Source of the DNA: a virus
Taxonomy: Duplodnaviria > Caudoviricetes
DNA length: 63,192 nt
Virus record (IMG/VR): IMGVR_UViG_3300031566_000027
Span: 1-63,192 of that record
Strand: one strand, 5' to 3'
A program made the translations under genes and the position numbers. The notes beneath the pieces are model-generated. The model was given only the letters and a program-made list of their open reading frames with translations, did not search any database and was not told the DNA's origin. This document shows, piece by piece, positions 37,301 to 43,166 of this stretch. Numbering within the stretch: position 1 is the stretch's first letter; each line of letters opens with the position of its first letter.

Positions 37301-40300
37301 AAGCTATCGCGCAAGGCCTCGAGTTCTTTGAGCGGTGGCCATACGGCCATCATTTCAGCGGTCATGCCCTCGCCGGCGAGCTCCGCTTTCATATCATCGA
37401 TAGCCTTTTGTGCCTCTTGATATGTTTCGGGTTCGACCGCCTCGACAACCTTAACCGGGGGGGCCGCCGCTTTTGCCTTTTTTCTCGCACCCTTTTCGCC
37501 TTTTCCTGTGCTTTCGGTCGGCTTAACGGTTTCAACCCTGCTTGGTTTGACCGCTTTTTTAAGTTTTGTTTTCTGCCCCAGGGTAGCGATATCCGCCTGG
37601 ATGAGGCCTAATTTTTCCTTTGGTTTCATCTTCGGATCTTTAATCAGATCCAAAACACTGGCCCTTTGCTCCGGGGTTAGGCTTTTGATTAAAGCATCTA
37701 ATTGCTTTTGCGGTCCGCCTGGCGCCGGGCCCTCTTTTGCATAGGCCATTATAATGGTGTCAAGAAATTCCTGCGCCCTGGGGATCGTCTTATGTGCGCG
37801 ATCGGATATGGTAAAGGTGGCGCCTTTGGCCGGTCCACTGGTAACTGTCATTTGCAGACCGATAGGCCGCTCATCCTGATAGATAACATTATCAAAACGA
37901 ACATTCGCGCCCGCCTGCTTTCCCATTTTTTTGGCCAGATCATCAAATACTTTCCGTTTTGTGGTCGGAGTGATCCGGGTTTTCGCCGGCGGAATTGATA
38001 TTTCCTCGATAACTCCGCCGGGCCTGGGCGCCCGCTTGCCTTTCCAGATCTCCCGGACCTGGGCTATCTGCTCTTTTTTCGGCTTTGGGGGCCGTTTCCA
38101 GGGGGGTTCTGTTCGAGAGGGTGCTTTCCTGGGGCCGCCGGCTGCCGGCGGGGTTACTCCCCAAATCCGGCCTACCTGGGCCGCCTTGCCCTCATCCATG
38201 CGGCCTTTGGCAGTGGTCGGCATGGCCGCCCTGGGCTTTTTGGGAAGTGGGGGCGGTGCTGTGATTTTAGACTCAACCGACTTGACGCCTAATGGCTCAA
38301 AAGACCACTGAATCAATTCTTTATCGGTTTTATCCTTTGAAAATTCCGCGTTATGGTCGATGATCGGGCCGCCATCCCTCGAGATCATGGAGCTCGATCC
38401 GTCCGGATGCCTCACCACGGATACAACAAACTGGCCGGCGTCCTGGGTATCGAGGTCATAATCATTCGTATCTGTAATGTCTTTAATCCCGGCGGCCACT
38501 TCCTCATCGGTGAGCTCGGTAGTTTCGGGGGCCGGTTCGGCCTTTTTTTTGGCCGGCTTTTTAACCTCCGGGCCGGCAACTGGTTCCGGTTCCGCCCCCG
38601 CCGCCGCCTCGAGCTCCTCCTCGGTAAATTCTGCCGCGGCCTCCTCGGCATCGAGGGAATCAGAACCCAGGTTCCGCCGCAACTCTTGCTCTACCTTTTT
38701 ATCGGCTGCCGGCGGTTTCTCCGGGCGGCCGGTCAATATTTCCTCGGCCGTCTGGTCCGGAGCATCTTTAAGCATATCCTCGGCGGTTTCTGGTTTTGGC
38801 GGGGTTTTCATATCCTCGCCGCCCTGGCCGCTTAAAGCCACCATGCCGCCGCCCATAAACGCGCCGGCAACAAGACCGGAGGCCGCGGCCTCTGCCACGC
38901 CCTCGCCTATATCTTTATCCGGATCAACCAGGGCCTTGGTGGCCAAGTTGGTTAATACGGTTTCCATCGCACTTTGGGGCGTTTCCTCGATCAAACCCTC
39001 GCTTACAACACCCCATAGGATTTTCCGCCATAATCGATCGCCCTCTAACCCGGCCAACAATTTACCCATGAAACCGCCGGAGGGGGCGCCCAGGGCGCCG
39101 GTGGTAAGGCCACTGGTAACGCCGACCATCACGCCGCCGGATAGGGCCAAAATCTCTTTTGTAACTCGGTCGCGGTCCTCCGGTGGGATATCCGGCGACA
39201 TACTTTCATAAATCTTTTTGTACGCGGGCGATTTTTTAAAGGCCTCTGCTTTTTGGCCCTTGATCTGCTCGTAAACCCCCTGCATATTCTGAGCGGCGGC
39301 CGTCATGCCCTCGCCGGCCGCACCGCCATAGACGCCGGCCGCAAACTGAACGCCATATTTTTTAGTCATCCACTGAAAAAGAGGCAGGCCTATTACTTCG
39401 GGCCCATATTTAAGGGCGGTTTTGGTTAGCATCTGAGTAAACTTGGCGGATCCGCCCATGCCGACCACGGTGGATGGAATGGATTCAACCACCATGCCTA
39501 ATATTTTTGCCGGGCTTTTTGCTCCCTCCCCCACGGTGTAACCAAAAAAACCGTCCTTATCCTCTTTCAAGAGGTTTTTGGCCATTTCCTTTTTCATGGC
39601 CGGGGTTATTCTGCGATCATAAAAATCACTGGCCTCGCTCGAATAGTCCTCTACTAAGCTGCCAAAGGTGGCCGCGGCCCATTTTTCACCTCGCTTTAAT
39701 TGATTTACATCGCCCCGCACCGCGCCGATGATCTTTTCAGCCTGGCCGGCATACCAAACCGGATCCACCAGGTTCATAACCATGCCGGCCGCCTTTCCGA
39801 AATCGGCGGATCCGCGGCCTAATAATTTAAGATAATCCGCATATTCGGTGCCATCGTCCTGATCGATAACGGGCTTTTGTGCGTTCGGAGTAGGGTCAAA
39901 TTCACCCGGGATCGTTTCCTCTAATCCCTCGAGCGGTGGAGGTTCGGACGGGATCGAGGCCTCCGCCTGGCGAGATCGCTTTAACTCGGCTACTTCCGGG
40001 GCCACTTCCGGGGCCGGGGCCTCTTGCCCCTGCCTGGCCACCTGCAAATCCTCGACCATCGGCCGCCGTTGGGCCTGGGGGTCGGTCGGTTGCACCGGCT
40101 TAGAAAGATCCTCGGCCTCGCGTTGTTTTTGGCGTTCGGCAAATTCCTTGCCAGGGCTACTGCCGGCCTGCAAAACATCACCGATCCGCGCCAATACGCC
40201 TTGTTTCTTTTTCTTTACCGGAGGGCCTACCTCGAATTTGGATTCCTCATCCTCATCGGTGGTCTTTTTCTGTCCTACCAGGGGGCCTGCATAGAATCCC

Positions 40301-40302
40301 AT
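22297..40302 (-). CDS. darB: 6001-aa DarB-like polyvalent internal virion protein (N6-MTase, SF2/SNF2 helicase, HExxH domains, TGT-like domain)
   Basis: AAGAGGA RBS; last gene of the virion block after two ejection-like genes; motifs are listed in the domain features below. Confidence 0.88.
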   Translation of the reverse strand: MGFYAGPLVGQKKTTDEDEESKFEVGPPVKKKKQGVLARIGDVLQAGSSPGKEFAERQKQREAEDLSKPVQPTDPQAQRRPMVEDLQVARQGQEAPAPEVAPEVAELKRSRQAEASIPSEPPPLEGLEETIPGEFDPTPNAQKPVIDQDDGTEYADYLKLLGRGSADFGKAAGMVMNLVDPVWYAGQAEKIIGAVRGDVNQLKRGEKWAAATFGSLVEDYSSEASDFYDRRITPAMKKEMAKNLLKEDKDGFFGYTVGEGAKSPAKILGMVVESIPSTVVGMGGSAKFTQMLTKTALKYGPEVIGLPLFQWMTKKYGVQFAAGVYGGAAGEGMTAAAQNMQGVYEQIKGQKAEAFKKSPAYKKIYESMSPDIPPEDRDRVTKEILALSGGVMVGVTSGLTTGALGAPSGGFMGKLLAGLEGDRLWRKILWGVVSEGLIEETPQSAMETVLTNLATKALVDPDKDIGEGVAEAAASGLVAGAFMGGGMVALSGQGGEDMKTPPKPETAEDMLKDAPDQTAEEILTGRPEKPPAADKKVEQELRRNLGSDSLDAEEAAAEFTEEELEAAAGAEPEPVAGPEVKKPAKKKAEPAPETTELTDEEVAAGIKDITDTNDYDLDTQDAGQFVVSVVRHPDGSSSMISRDGGPIIDHNAEFSKDKTDKELIQWSFEPLGVKSVESKITAPPPLPKKPRAAMPTTAKGRMDEGKAAQVGRIWGVTPPAAGGPRKAPSRTEPPWKRPPKPKKEQIAQVREIWKGKRAPRPGGVIEEISIPPAKTRITPTTKRKVFDDLAKKMGKQAGANVRFDNVIYQDERPIGLQMTVTSGPAKGATFTISDRAHKTIPRAQEFLDTIIMAYAKEGPAPGGPQKQLDALIKSLTPEQRASVLDLIKDPKMKPKEKLGLIQADIATLGQKTKLKKAVKPSRVETVKPTESTGKGEKGARKKAKAAAPPVKVVEAVEPETYQEAQKAIDDMKAELAGEGMTAEMMAVWPPLKELEALRDSFKKPAVEPEGGGRRAPVRTMPSTLPPKKKVEPEGGPRIAPVRTVESGLPIPKEVTNYYSGASRISDMKGHIAAGVPIGVEIAELSKNGEKELIQYLKDGGQVFIDSGAFGAFMNGSEVNWPAVLKNYLRIAKAAGEGAKNLVVVAPDVIGDPVKSYTMAEKYRKEINEIAALGTRIILPVHRPADDYEPGLRGVWGSMQKVMDPENLDRAIAGFPSNKQPIQPSEYEDIFKHENPPKTVHLLGISPKRKQFQEMVDELRRLSPSVEIIADANRLRSQAGRTLKPEIYSARAAQKANEGALLPLEQYQDIAPDYTDRMGDEYTEMPGTLTEDQIRAIAKDQGMPDGFVDEFITRVESGALGEAVDAARQQGEWAIEDDLDFKVFHDILSLSEEQIRPEMDRVDLIRRAVEWEKEKTGETVKPLESTGKGEKGARKKAKKAKPVTMPPGAPTEENRAILEGHDRGLKKILAQYFDDVSVMVGFPDLQYTADLATKREMLEKWIEKYFYVDDVPEIREQFDRLDKFTRAKLDQTKYETLIGGPMEGDMPADMEAELGGAAAQVDAETDIGEAEYHGRTFEEGSAKSIRDFLSDHLDYERLPEKELDTTAVTDGVGDFAGKMVYPLDDGRYYTAPNNHDIEGADLTWELVHELAVVPEARENEIEFYKEYEDHPALAPAAAPAAPLESTGKGEKGARKKAKKEAPAEVEKIMAAAIRLPDGTIIESTSHPSAMVEAEDRGYKGKYEDVHRGFVTSTGRYIDADEAAEIAKREDQVETTKDTVTAQDFGPYGVWEYDRPTPDEERIAEAGAPPADEEPKPAAIGQAKIKGDWVDISDVKPIKRGKDKGKYWAHTVSGTPERAKVELDELRGLDGGEFVMPGPPPPPPDIEAEIENLTDEEIDKMLDETGEEEPAAPKAELKPGDTTAYKGYLITASLTSGEFIVSKDNARIINTKSLADAKTEIDNLTGAEKPTKGPKAPPKERAPRKAKEPKPAKPLSEIIQEGAAEGLAGAEDALSGLYDLFGGTTKLSMGVTFDEDTYAKAKPKFQSAYEHMKSAGKSLKEFFNFFVERFGNGIKPYLRRFIQETKAAIAAAKKALGNFQNVGYVYDPEDLARGIQGKPPKTQIKIIGDKMAPANIWNIDFPEGASYGLPRFRNAAKKMFATFKDYVEREASLGSHSYRSEKKWETRVQNWLDAGHEISELQDLATQYGKHMEKVVNTFSNKLTIMDAVGDLQRLFIPPGVMGDGVYPDFYDIDKNLLNAELWNQEFIVNRYQKTLYEFLTERWQKYLAQENDILLSEIDIHNREKNKEVIRTGLPDYRKGQPLTKTEELKDPFGFSGVGFGTAGWIDQAERHRVVNAAFDAFKDLAAVIQTGTDKAMGLANGLAIQFANLGHKAKGAAAAYFPDLRTINFTRDNGDGTLAHEWSHGFHAQAPSDVETKLESLIDAFMDRYDWEAGPRLADEIMDPESGFMKRLVLKKGQTRLDFIKEEVSRRYKDAVKKRTDYYKTALALDPVYTARREEMWARAFEAWVYDTLPGTNNYLVNDFVEAGRIGGAGVVGSHLVYPAGQEREEFAEKISHFLDGVQWDADGNPSMKDDYVDFETIQAERLEQEKQALLDQIEERYKAIWSSEQSPDGYYWYRYDATGLGPMMQPDGYSAYDKSYKEEGQGGAGAVGYLTMLHPDDIIGYKLTNFIYDGDTATYIQEGAQDESELGETGEDALDEIPTRPGQGVGEAGEVEPGDQGERGESGGGDGRPGKERGETDGGEGDSDTGAYPATPGNYRITDESLNSASNVNDRFNANLAALKVLNQVEAEQRSATQKEKDILAGYTGWGGMSELFAWSPKDAWAVRAELVRAEMTDEELSDAEKSSVSSYYTPVPVARFMWKLAQRLGFTGGQVLDPAFGANGVFTGTMPDELAESVSVQGVEKDGLSSRIARALYEKASIEHQGFEDSKKPLNRYNLTITNVPFANYSPSDTKHNKAGHKLHNYYLNKMLDLTSPGGLAMAITTSNTMDKGGGHLQEFSQKAEFVGAIRLPSAIYSATGVVTDILVFRKNIEGSEFKGIEPDIWTAQAVDEGNDIIYNDYFIKHPDMIAGSLEKVQDRWGADKLRVVKIDDNIARTLAEKAAAFPVGIVETEVVKADLSLDDIISAPGTVKEGGLYLNDKDQVSEKVDGQEEVWPNTTPAEMRANKLGRQYIKILDQVRATLRAQKQNLPEAEIKAEQKELKKAYNQFVKKFGPLNDPKNLKIYVSLTDAAWVTTLETYDPDTEKVTKLADLFTKKIVGTEKRPDFANTDHDALSMALDEFGYPNLDYMAKLRGTDPDTVLKGVLDKVIENPETGILETMDEYLAGNVRRKLKVARSMAADNPEYERNVKLLEAALPDDIPAHRITARIGASWLKGAHIADFIKEKLKIGNELRPVLELNPFTGIWNLTFNGPRYGGSKAQTRRDIEKYKTSVEAKSVWGTPRASFFKLMADALAGKVPVVTYKVDKKVYVDEVATAGAVAKLQEIQAEFNRWLFADPARAEEAQVRFNDIVNTSTRSHYDGAHLTFPGKSMEVLTAAEAKELGVDDKMVFYDHQVNAVWQYLRNGNLYLAHEVGAGKTLTMAMIGMEAKRLKGKKKVLYVTLNDSTMGQAVEEIKRLYPLANVMPIQVSTVKERARKQLQKMALNDFDIAIMRQQDLNRIALSPEAEKTFIDEELMELREVLEEAKAAGSRIIEQDIQGRILALEAKLKAPGTFAEAKEAQEIYFDDIGVDLMIVDEAHAYKNIPFSTSLNRITGLNPAGSKTAQAFFRKAQWLNATQAKKDGIVLASGTPLTNSIAEFYNLQRALQPDEAKRQGQWRFDRWIANYGDIGAQLEWDGAGQKFKTVTTNRRIVNAGRLLATAFQNIDSVRAEDTDIARPVVYGGKPIGMTIQPNKYVIDYFENVVRDRVEAIEQDPKNAEYEGRPDNMLRIISNMSMVAIDQRLLNSKKWDPKTDTWIPAPGPYANTKMQKDSKIYVASRKIFERWKAEKKDKGVQLVFADMGVPGRYLKAFKYKTDEQIENMSDEKRQEYEDDLFAFENSGLGFNTYDGLKDELIKLGIPKNQIAFIHDADHSNKEKKAINLRRLFKKVNAGEVRVLIGSTTKAGTGVNVQKRVSDIHHLDVWWNYSAWEQRNGRGIRSGNIYTDKDGVRIFNYITEKSVDAHRWGKIFQKGKVLHSALSGDINIDVIEDISEEVMSAKEMEADASGNPLLRKQSELMDLVRTLGLERSSFLNTVRDAKNQLVAMPTRIETLESRIATQEKSKAIMEPITAVRFTGSDDILVLKKDGKKIADSLAAAVEKTRPVKDGKWWDKEKSEPTLVFGAHEEVEVERPVLDKDGNEQKDKDGKTKTKAVKEYKFKPIKAQALIESAAGDRARRWLTLKNGVTSNSYALADWSDALGEKKAAPPEITGNVSRSVTNFIANLDKIIGEAQDEIAELNGKKPALEEVAISKWPKENEYAQAEKDLAEVEAQMSATPGMAVEGARPVRDYKAPVPILEDFAEKDKWKTQGGYIWPKQEQFSTDPPAFMVREGSFDLKTFFGEQRKKFDPGYAYNSPAPASLFEADPGPEIEPPQEYTIEPAAEVEAVDKGGGYWDIIEAKTNQVLYEVENANSAEEAHAIFKGTRYAPQAATKFWIKSENDFYSIAPELWLMVERLAGPGTWHLGKDVAGENHIVHRDDSGVNDIVAEVRYEPEPPAAIKGEAGAPAPRAKKFAPATPQTVEQVKTMVDAVRVKWAKGAPYVKIYRTQEGLPQDVKDYLKANYKDAGLIAGAYYNNTIYLIAENLGSNAETTTTLLHEAFGHHGIRGILGNKIYPVLRDLYIAKKRDVDAIGATLGLDMKTTEGRAQAAEEWFAGQAQQEIESRWFDRMVRAIREWIRAAGIKLKLSDAEIRALIANARQFAKAGKAVEPIAGAAPAFRQKKEPPRKGKKIEYGHILTPEQKKRMAAAKGVGKTAFKDVAGKKYEELKAQRQHFPALNQVEDPKLRAQFADILRIHQEIPEVVKQQTADVMRGFIENLGSDAYDIYATNIILADMVRDIQSGLLNDALLTKGQTLPFGFESVADVETAYSKFQALAAEHTEIRDALAARKKYISKMVDGLVAHKILKKEVKNYDDYYHHQVLQYWGTKDKKKGNVATGSPDVRKHWRPWMVARKGSLLDYNTEYIEAEFVALSQQLAQLETARVLERLRKMADIKPELHQEATEKNLERFYQEAAERLSKTLKTPLTAQDVMNDEELDPLTPYRKKIGMARGALERMASKGELEAIDSGFDDVVQSLAQSFENKKDPENYDPPGEISDGKWFDFLAYLVRTGKPGSNWAATIFKNIHARKNQIRTDLGKNFLTWQQLVPEGYTQWKPEPGKGGFWVNTITDGMLRAVVAGEAELKEENVKQALAKGQELVWVLPTGLAETLDNFRPPPTDKALGQISEAALRAWKQYILINPMRVLKYNLNNMSGDLDIVLAYNPKILKGMKQSLRDLRAFDKGKATGKLKAELDQARKLGVIGSGWSVQEVEDITKQMGLDKFVRGIIMGEKPNLAVRWWEKSKNLTTLRENLLRLASFRHFQKEIAAGKTVYGASKPVEIDAIKDDTERAAKLARELVGDYGNISQSGQYLRKRMMPFWSWIEINSPRYAYMLRNVRYEGREVGSRPLAIASKKAVTKAVGFGIKATMLYTLVQLWNMLLFPDEEKEFGEAGRRQLHLILGRRSDGTIRSVRFQGALSDTLSFFGLEDFPDDIKDLAKGKKTPLDMMKEAGIAFVTRGIHALRPEPKMLFETLTGQTTFPDPFSPRPIRDTTEHILRTFSLDKIYKRLIGRPGRGKNMAEHFMADLQSLVLYNSDPGEQAYYDARKMVIDYKEKIGEESGGGKPTNKGNALYYYKQALKYGDFKAAERYLYDYYYKYGGTTTGLKRSITMAHPLSGVKKMQRHKFRKSLTAKEAEKLERAIKWYREVYQRQSPQVSRAAMKRVRQQRMADRLED
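25500..26050 (-). other. Zincin-like metallopeptidase (MPTase-type) domain of the giant protein
   Basis: AGAYYNNTIYLIAENL......TLLHEAFGHHG...AAEEWFA; boundaries approximate. Confidence 0.7.
27650..29600 (-). other. SF2 (SWI2/SNF2-like) helicase domain of the giant protein
   Basis: HQVNAV, LAHEVGAGKT, IVDEAH, ASGTPLTN, GTGVNVQ, EQRNGRGIRSGN; boundaries approximate. Confidence 0.92.
31000..31970 (-). other. N6-adenine DNA methyltransferase domain of the giant protein
   Basis: YTGWGG, SYYTP, VLDPAFGANGVF (motif I), ITNVPF (motif IV), GAIRLP, TDILVFRK; boundaries approximate. Confidence 0.9.
32560..33350 (-). other. LPD1-like HExxH domain of the giant protein
   Basis: FGFSGVGFG..W, AAAYFP....IN.TR.NGDGTLAHEWSH, Y.ARREEMWARAFEAWV, YPAGQER; boundaries approximate. 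Confidence 0.75.
35212..37534 (-). repeat. Three copies of the linker ESTGKGEKGARKKAK (about 35212-35262, 35992-36054, 37471-37534)
   Basis: Identical 15-aa peptide with synonymous DNA differences between copies. Confidence 0.9.
36470..37135 (-). other. TGT/DpdA-like (guanine transglycosylase-fold TIM barrel) domain of the giant protein
   Basis: VFIDSGAF, VVAPDVIGD, ILPVH, VHLLG, IIAD in the order expected for TGT-fold barrels. Confidence 0.7.
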
Positions 40303-40374
40303 CGTATTTTATCCTCTTTTCTTTAAAATGCTACGCGAAAAGTAGCATTTGCTACGCCGGATGTAGCGCCTCCC

Positions 40375-41556
40375 CTAATCTTTATACGCCACATATTTAG
40401 GGTTGCCATCCGGATCGTCACCCACCCACGCGCCCTCATCCTTATCAAATCGAATGTTTTTAAGGCCTTTGACTTTTTTAGGGCGCTGATTCTTATCGGC
40501 ATAGACCTCAACACCCTCAATCTCTTTGGTTGCCGGCCTTTTGGTTTTTCCCCGGCCCTTTGCCTCCTCGATGATCTGCTTATTTTCGGCCACTATTTGA
40601 TTATATTCCGCCTCATCGATGGCCGCATCATTCAAATCCTCCGCGGCCTGTTTCATGGCGGCTCGGGCCTCTTTGATCTCATCGTTTCGGATCTGCCGTT
40701 CCTCCCGGCGGACCGCCCGGCCCTCGGTATCTTTTTTCTGTTTACCGCTTAATTCGAGCTCCGGGTTCATAAAATTACCCACGCCATTCATAAACTCATC
40801 CGCATCGGCATAGGTAACGGGTTCGCGCTTATCAGTTCCGGGCACCGGAAAATCAACCGTGATAGATCCATCTTCATTGAAATCAACACTTGGCGCCGGC
40901 ATGGCATTTTTGCCCTCGCCGCCTTTGGGATCCCTGCCGGTCGTGAATTTTTTAATAACCTTGCCGGTTTTGGGATCTTTCATGGGCTGCCCGTTCGCAT
41001 CGAGGACCGGTTCCTCTTTAACCTGTGCCCATCCCTGGGCGTTTTCATCATCATCGGCAATATCCGGAGTTAATGCCCCCCATGCCTCCTCGGCAAGGGC
41101 CTTGTTCCCGGATGCAACACCCTGCAAAAATGCCCGGTATGCCTCAATCCGCTTTTCCTTTTTTTCGGATCGCTCAACCAATTTTTTGGCCTGCTCGCGT
41201 TGCTCCTGGACCTGGGTTATTTTTTCCTGGTTTAAAGCTCTGGTTTGCTCTGCGGCTGCCGCTTTTTCTTGCTGCTCGCGCTCTTTTAGGACGGTTTCCT
41301 GCGTTTCGCGTTGCTTTTGGGCCTCCTGTTCGGTTTCATATCGGCGTTGCTCCTCGGCCGTGGCCGCCTCTTGATCCTTGCGAGCGACATATTTATCATA
41401 GGATGAGGGCCCGGAGGAACCACCAAACCGTACACTTTTGGGCTTATTCCGAGAGGCTAATCGATCAATCATTGATCCCAGGCCTTGAACTAAAGGCATT
41501 GTGCTCCTGGCGCCACCGATACTGCTACCCGTTTGAAATCCTTGTGCAAATCCCAT
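40375..41556 (-). CDS. Internal virion / DNA ejection protein
   Basis: MGFAQGFQTG Gly-rich start; Q/E/A coiled coil; directly before the DarB-like gene; AGGAGG RBS. Confidence 0.65.
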   Translation of the reverse strand: MGFAQGFQTGSSIGGARSTMPLVQGLGSMIDRLASRNKPKSVRFGGSSGPSSYDKYVARKDQEAATAEEQRRYETEQEAQKQRETQETVLKEREQQEKAAAAEQTRALNQEKITQVQEQREQAKKLVERSEKKEKRIEAYRAFLQGVASGNKALAEEAWGALTPDIADDDENAQGWAQVKEEPVLDANGQPMKDPKTGKVIKKFTTGRDPKGGEGKNAMPAPSVDFNEDGSITVDFPVPGTDKREPVTYADADEFMNGVGNFMNPELELSGKQKKDTEGRAVRREERQIRNDEIKEARAAMKQAAEDLNDAAIDEAEYNQIVAENKQIIEEAKGRGKTKRPATKEIEGVEVYADKNQRPKKVKGLKNIRFDKDEGAWVGDDPDGNPKYVAYKD

Positions 41557-41570
41557 TTTATACCTCCTAT

Positions 41571-42623
41571 TTAATAAGTACCCAGGCCCGCGGCTATCCG
41601 TTGTTTTTGCATGGTTGTCAGTGGCCGGCCGGTCTTTGCGGACGTTGTTGGCATGGCGGACCGTCCGGAAATAGGATCATAACCGCCCTGCATGGCCATC
41701 CCGGAATAAACGCCGGCGGCCTCTCCGATCGGCGCCGTTACCGTTGAGGCATAACCCCGGGCCAAATCACTGGCCGCACCGGTCATGCCCTGGACGGCGG
41801 ACGCAATCCCTTGTTGCTGCCTTGCATCGGCCTCGCCTACCTCGATACGGCCCTGCAAAACCTGATTTTTGGCGTTTTGTACGTTGGTGGCGATCTCCGC
41901 GGTCCTGGACGGATCTATCAATTCCATCGCCCGGCCGGTTACATCGGTCACGCGCTCTTTTTCACCCCGGCGGGCCTGGTTCGCGGCCTGGGCTTTTGCA
42001 AGGGTTTCCTGCTGCGCGATCGTATTCATTTCTGAGCGAGCTCGGCCACTGGTCGGATCAATGCCGAGGCCGGCCATTCGGCGTTGTTCCGCCTGCCTGG
42101 CCTTTGCCCCCTGGGCAGATACATCGGCCATCGCCCGGCCTGCCGCGCCCTCATAATCAGGTTGCGCGAGTGAGGTTAATTGCTTGCCTAACTGCGCCCG
42201 CTGAGTCATTTCCTCGCCGGCCATCGTGATGGCCTGATCAGTGAGGCCGCCAAATTTATCCTTGATATTATTCCACTCGGATTCCAGATCAGAGGATAAT
42301 TTTGTAAAATCGACCTTATTATCCTGCATCGTCTTGATGGCATCCCATCCACGGTCGACATTTTGCATAGCCTTATTAAACATACCTTTGGTGGATTCAA
42401 GGGATCCCTGCCACATCTGCATATATTTCTGTGCCAGGGGGGCCGCCGACTTGGCCGCGGCCTCGGCTGCCGCGGCTTGCCGAGAGGAGCTCTCCATTTC
42501 GCTCCGCATCATGCCCATTTGCATATCTTCTAATTCGCGTTGCCGGGCTTTATCGGCTTTCGCGTCCGCCTCTTCTTGTCTGCGCTTTCTACCTTGCTCT
42601 CTAATCCATGCGTAAGTACCCAT
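41571..42623 (-). CDS. Internal virion / DNA ejection protein
   Basis: A/Q/M-rich helical protein with AAGRAMADV...RRMAGLGIDPTSGR. Confidence 0.7.
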   Translation of the reverse strand: MGTYAWIREQGRKRRQEEADAKADKARQRELEDMQMGMMRSEMESSSRQAAAAEAAAKSAAPLAQKYMQMWQGSLESTKGMFNKAMQNVDRGWDAIKTMQDNKVDFTKLSSDLESEWNNIKDKFGGLTDQAITMAGEEMTQRAQLGKQLTSLAQPDYEGAAGRAMADVSAQGAKARQAEQRRMAGLGIDPTSGRARSEMNTIAQQETLAKAQAANQARRGEKERVTDVTGRAMELIDPSRTAEIATNVQNAKNQVLQGRIEVGEADARQQQGIASAVQGMTGAASDLARGYASTVTAPIGEAAGVYSGMAMQGGYDPISGRSAMPTTSAKTGRPLTTMQKQRIAAGLGTY

Positions 42624-42626
42624 TGA

Positions 42627-43157
42627 TTATCCTCCAAACTCCCCTTGATCGTTTTTCAATTCCCATACGGAGGTTGCGAGATCAATTCGTTTGATCCTCT
42701 CGACATTACCCTCGAGCTCAAAGTAATGCCGGCGGCCTCGATACCCTGATGGCAATTTAAAAATTTGAGTGTTATATAGTTGCTTTGTGTGCCGGAGCAC
42801 ATCATCCGTATACAGGCGAAAAGTTAATTCGAGATCACCGGCGTATACCGGTTCTGCCGGCACATCTTCAAGATTATCGCCGGCAATCGGATATTGAGCG
42901 TGAATATATCCGCCCTCCAAACCTCCGATCGTTCCTAATTGACCGGTGGCCAGTTTATCGGCGTTTCGATCAATAATGGCCTGTCTTTCCTCAACTAACG
43001 CCCAATATGCCTCCAAATCACCCGTATTAAAAATGATCCGGCAGGCCGCAAACCTGATTTTTTTAGGATATAGGTACTCTTTTGATCTCCATAGCAGATT
43101 GCCAAAAGCCTGGGTTTGATCGCCCTCCCACTCGAATATGTTATTGATAAAGCCCAT
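42627..43157 (-). CDS. Tail protein, apparent C-terminal part of the nozzle (tubular B-like)
   Basis: IFEWEG...LWRSKEY...FRLY.D......FKLPSGYR....FELEG...I.LATSV.EL. Confidence 0.55.
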   Translation of the reverse strand: MGFINNIFEWEGDQTQAFGNLLWRSKEYLYPKKIRFAACRIIFNTGDLEAYWALVEERQAIIDRNADKLATGQLGTIGGLEGGYIHAQYPIAGDNLEDVPAEPVYAGDLELTFRLYTDDVLRHTKQLYNTQIFKLPSGYRGRRHYFELEGNVERIKRIDLATSVWELKNDQGEFGG

Positions 43158-43166
43158 TATTTACCT

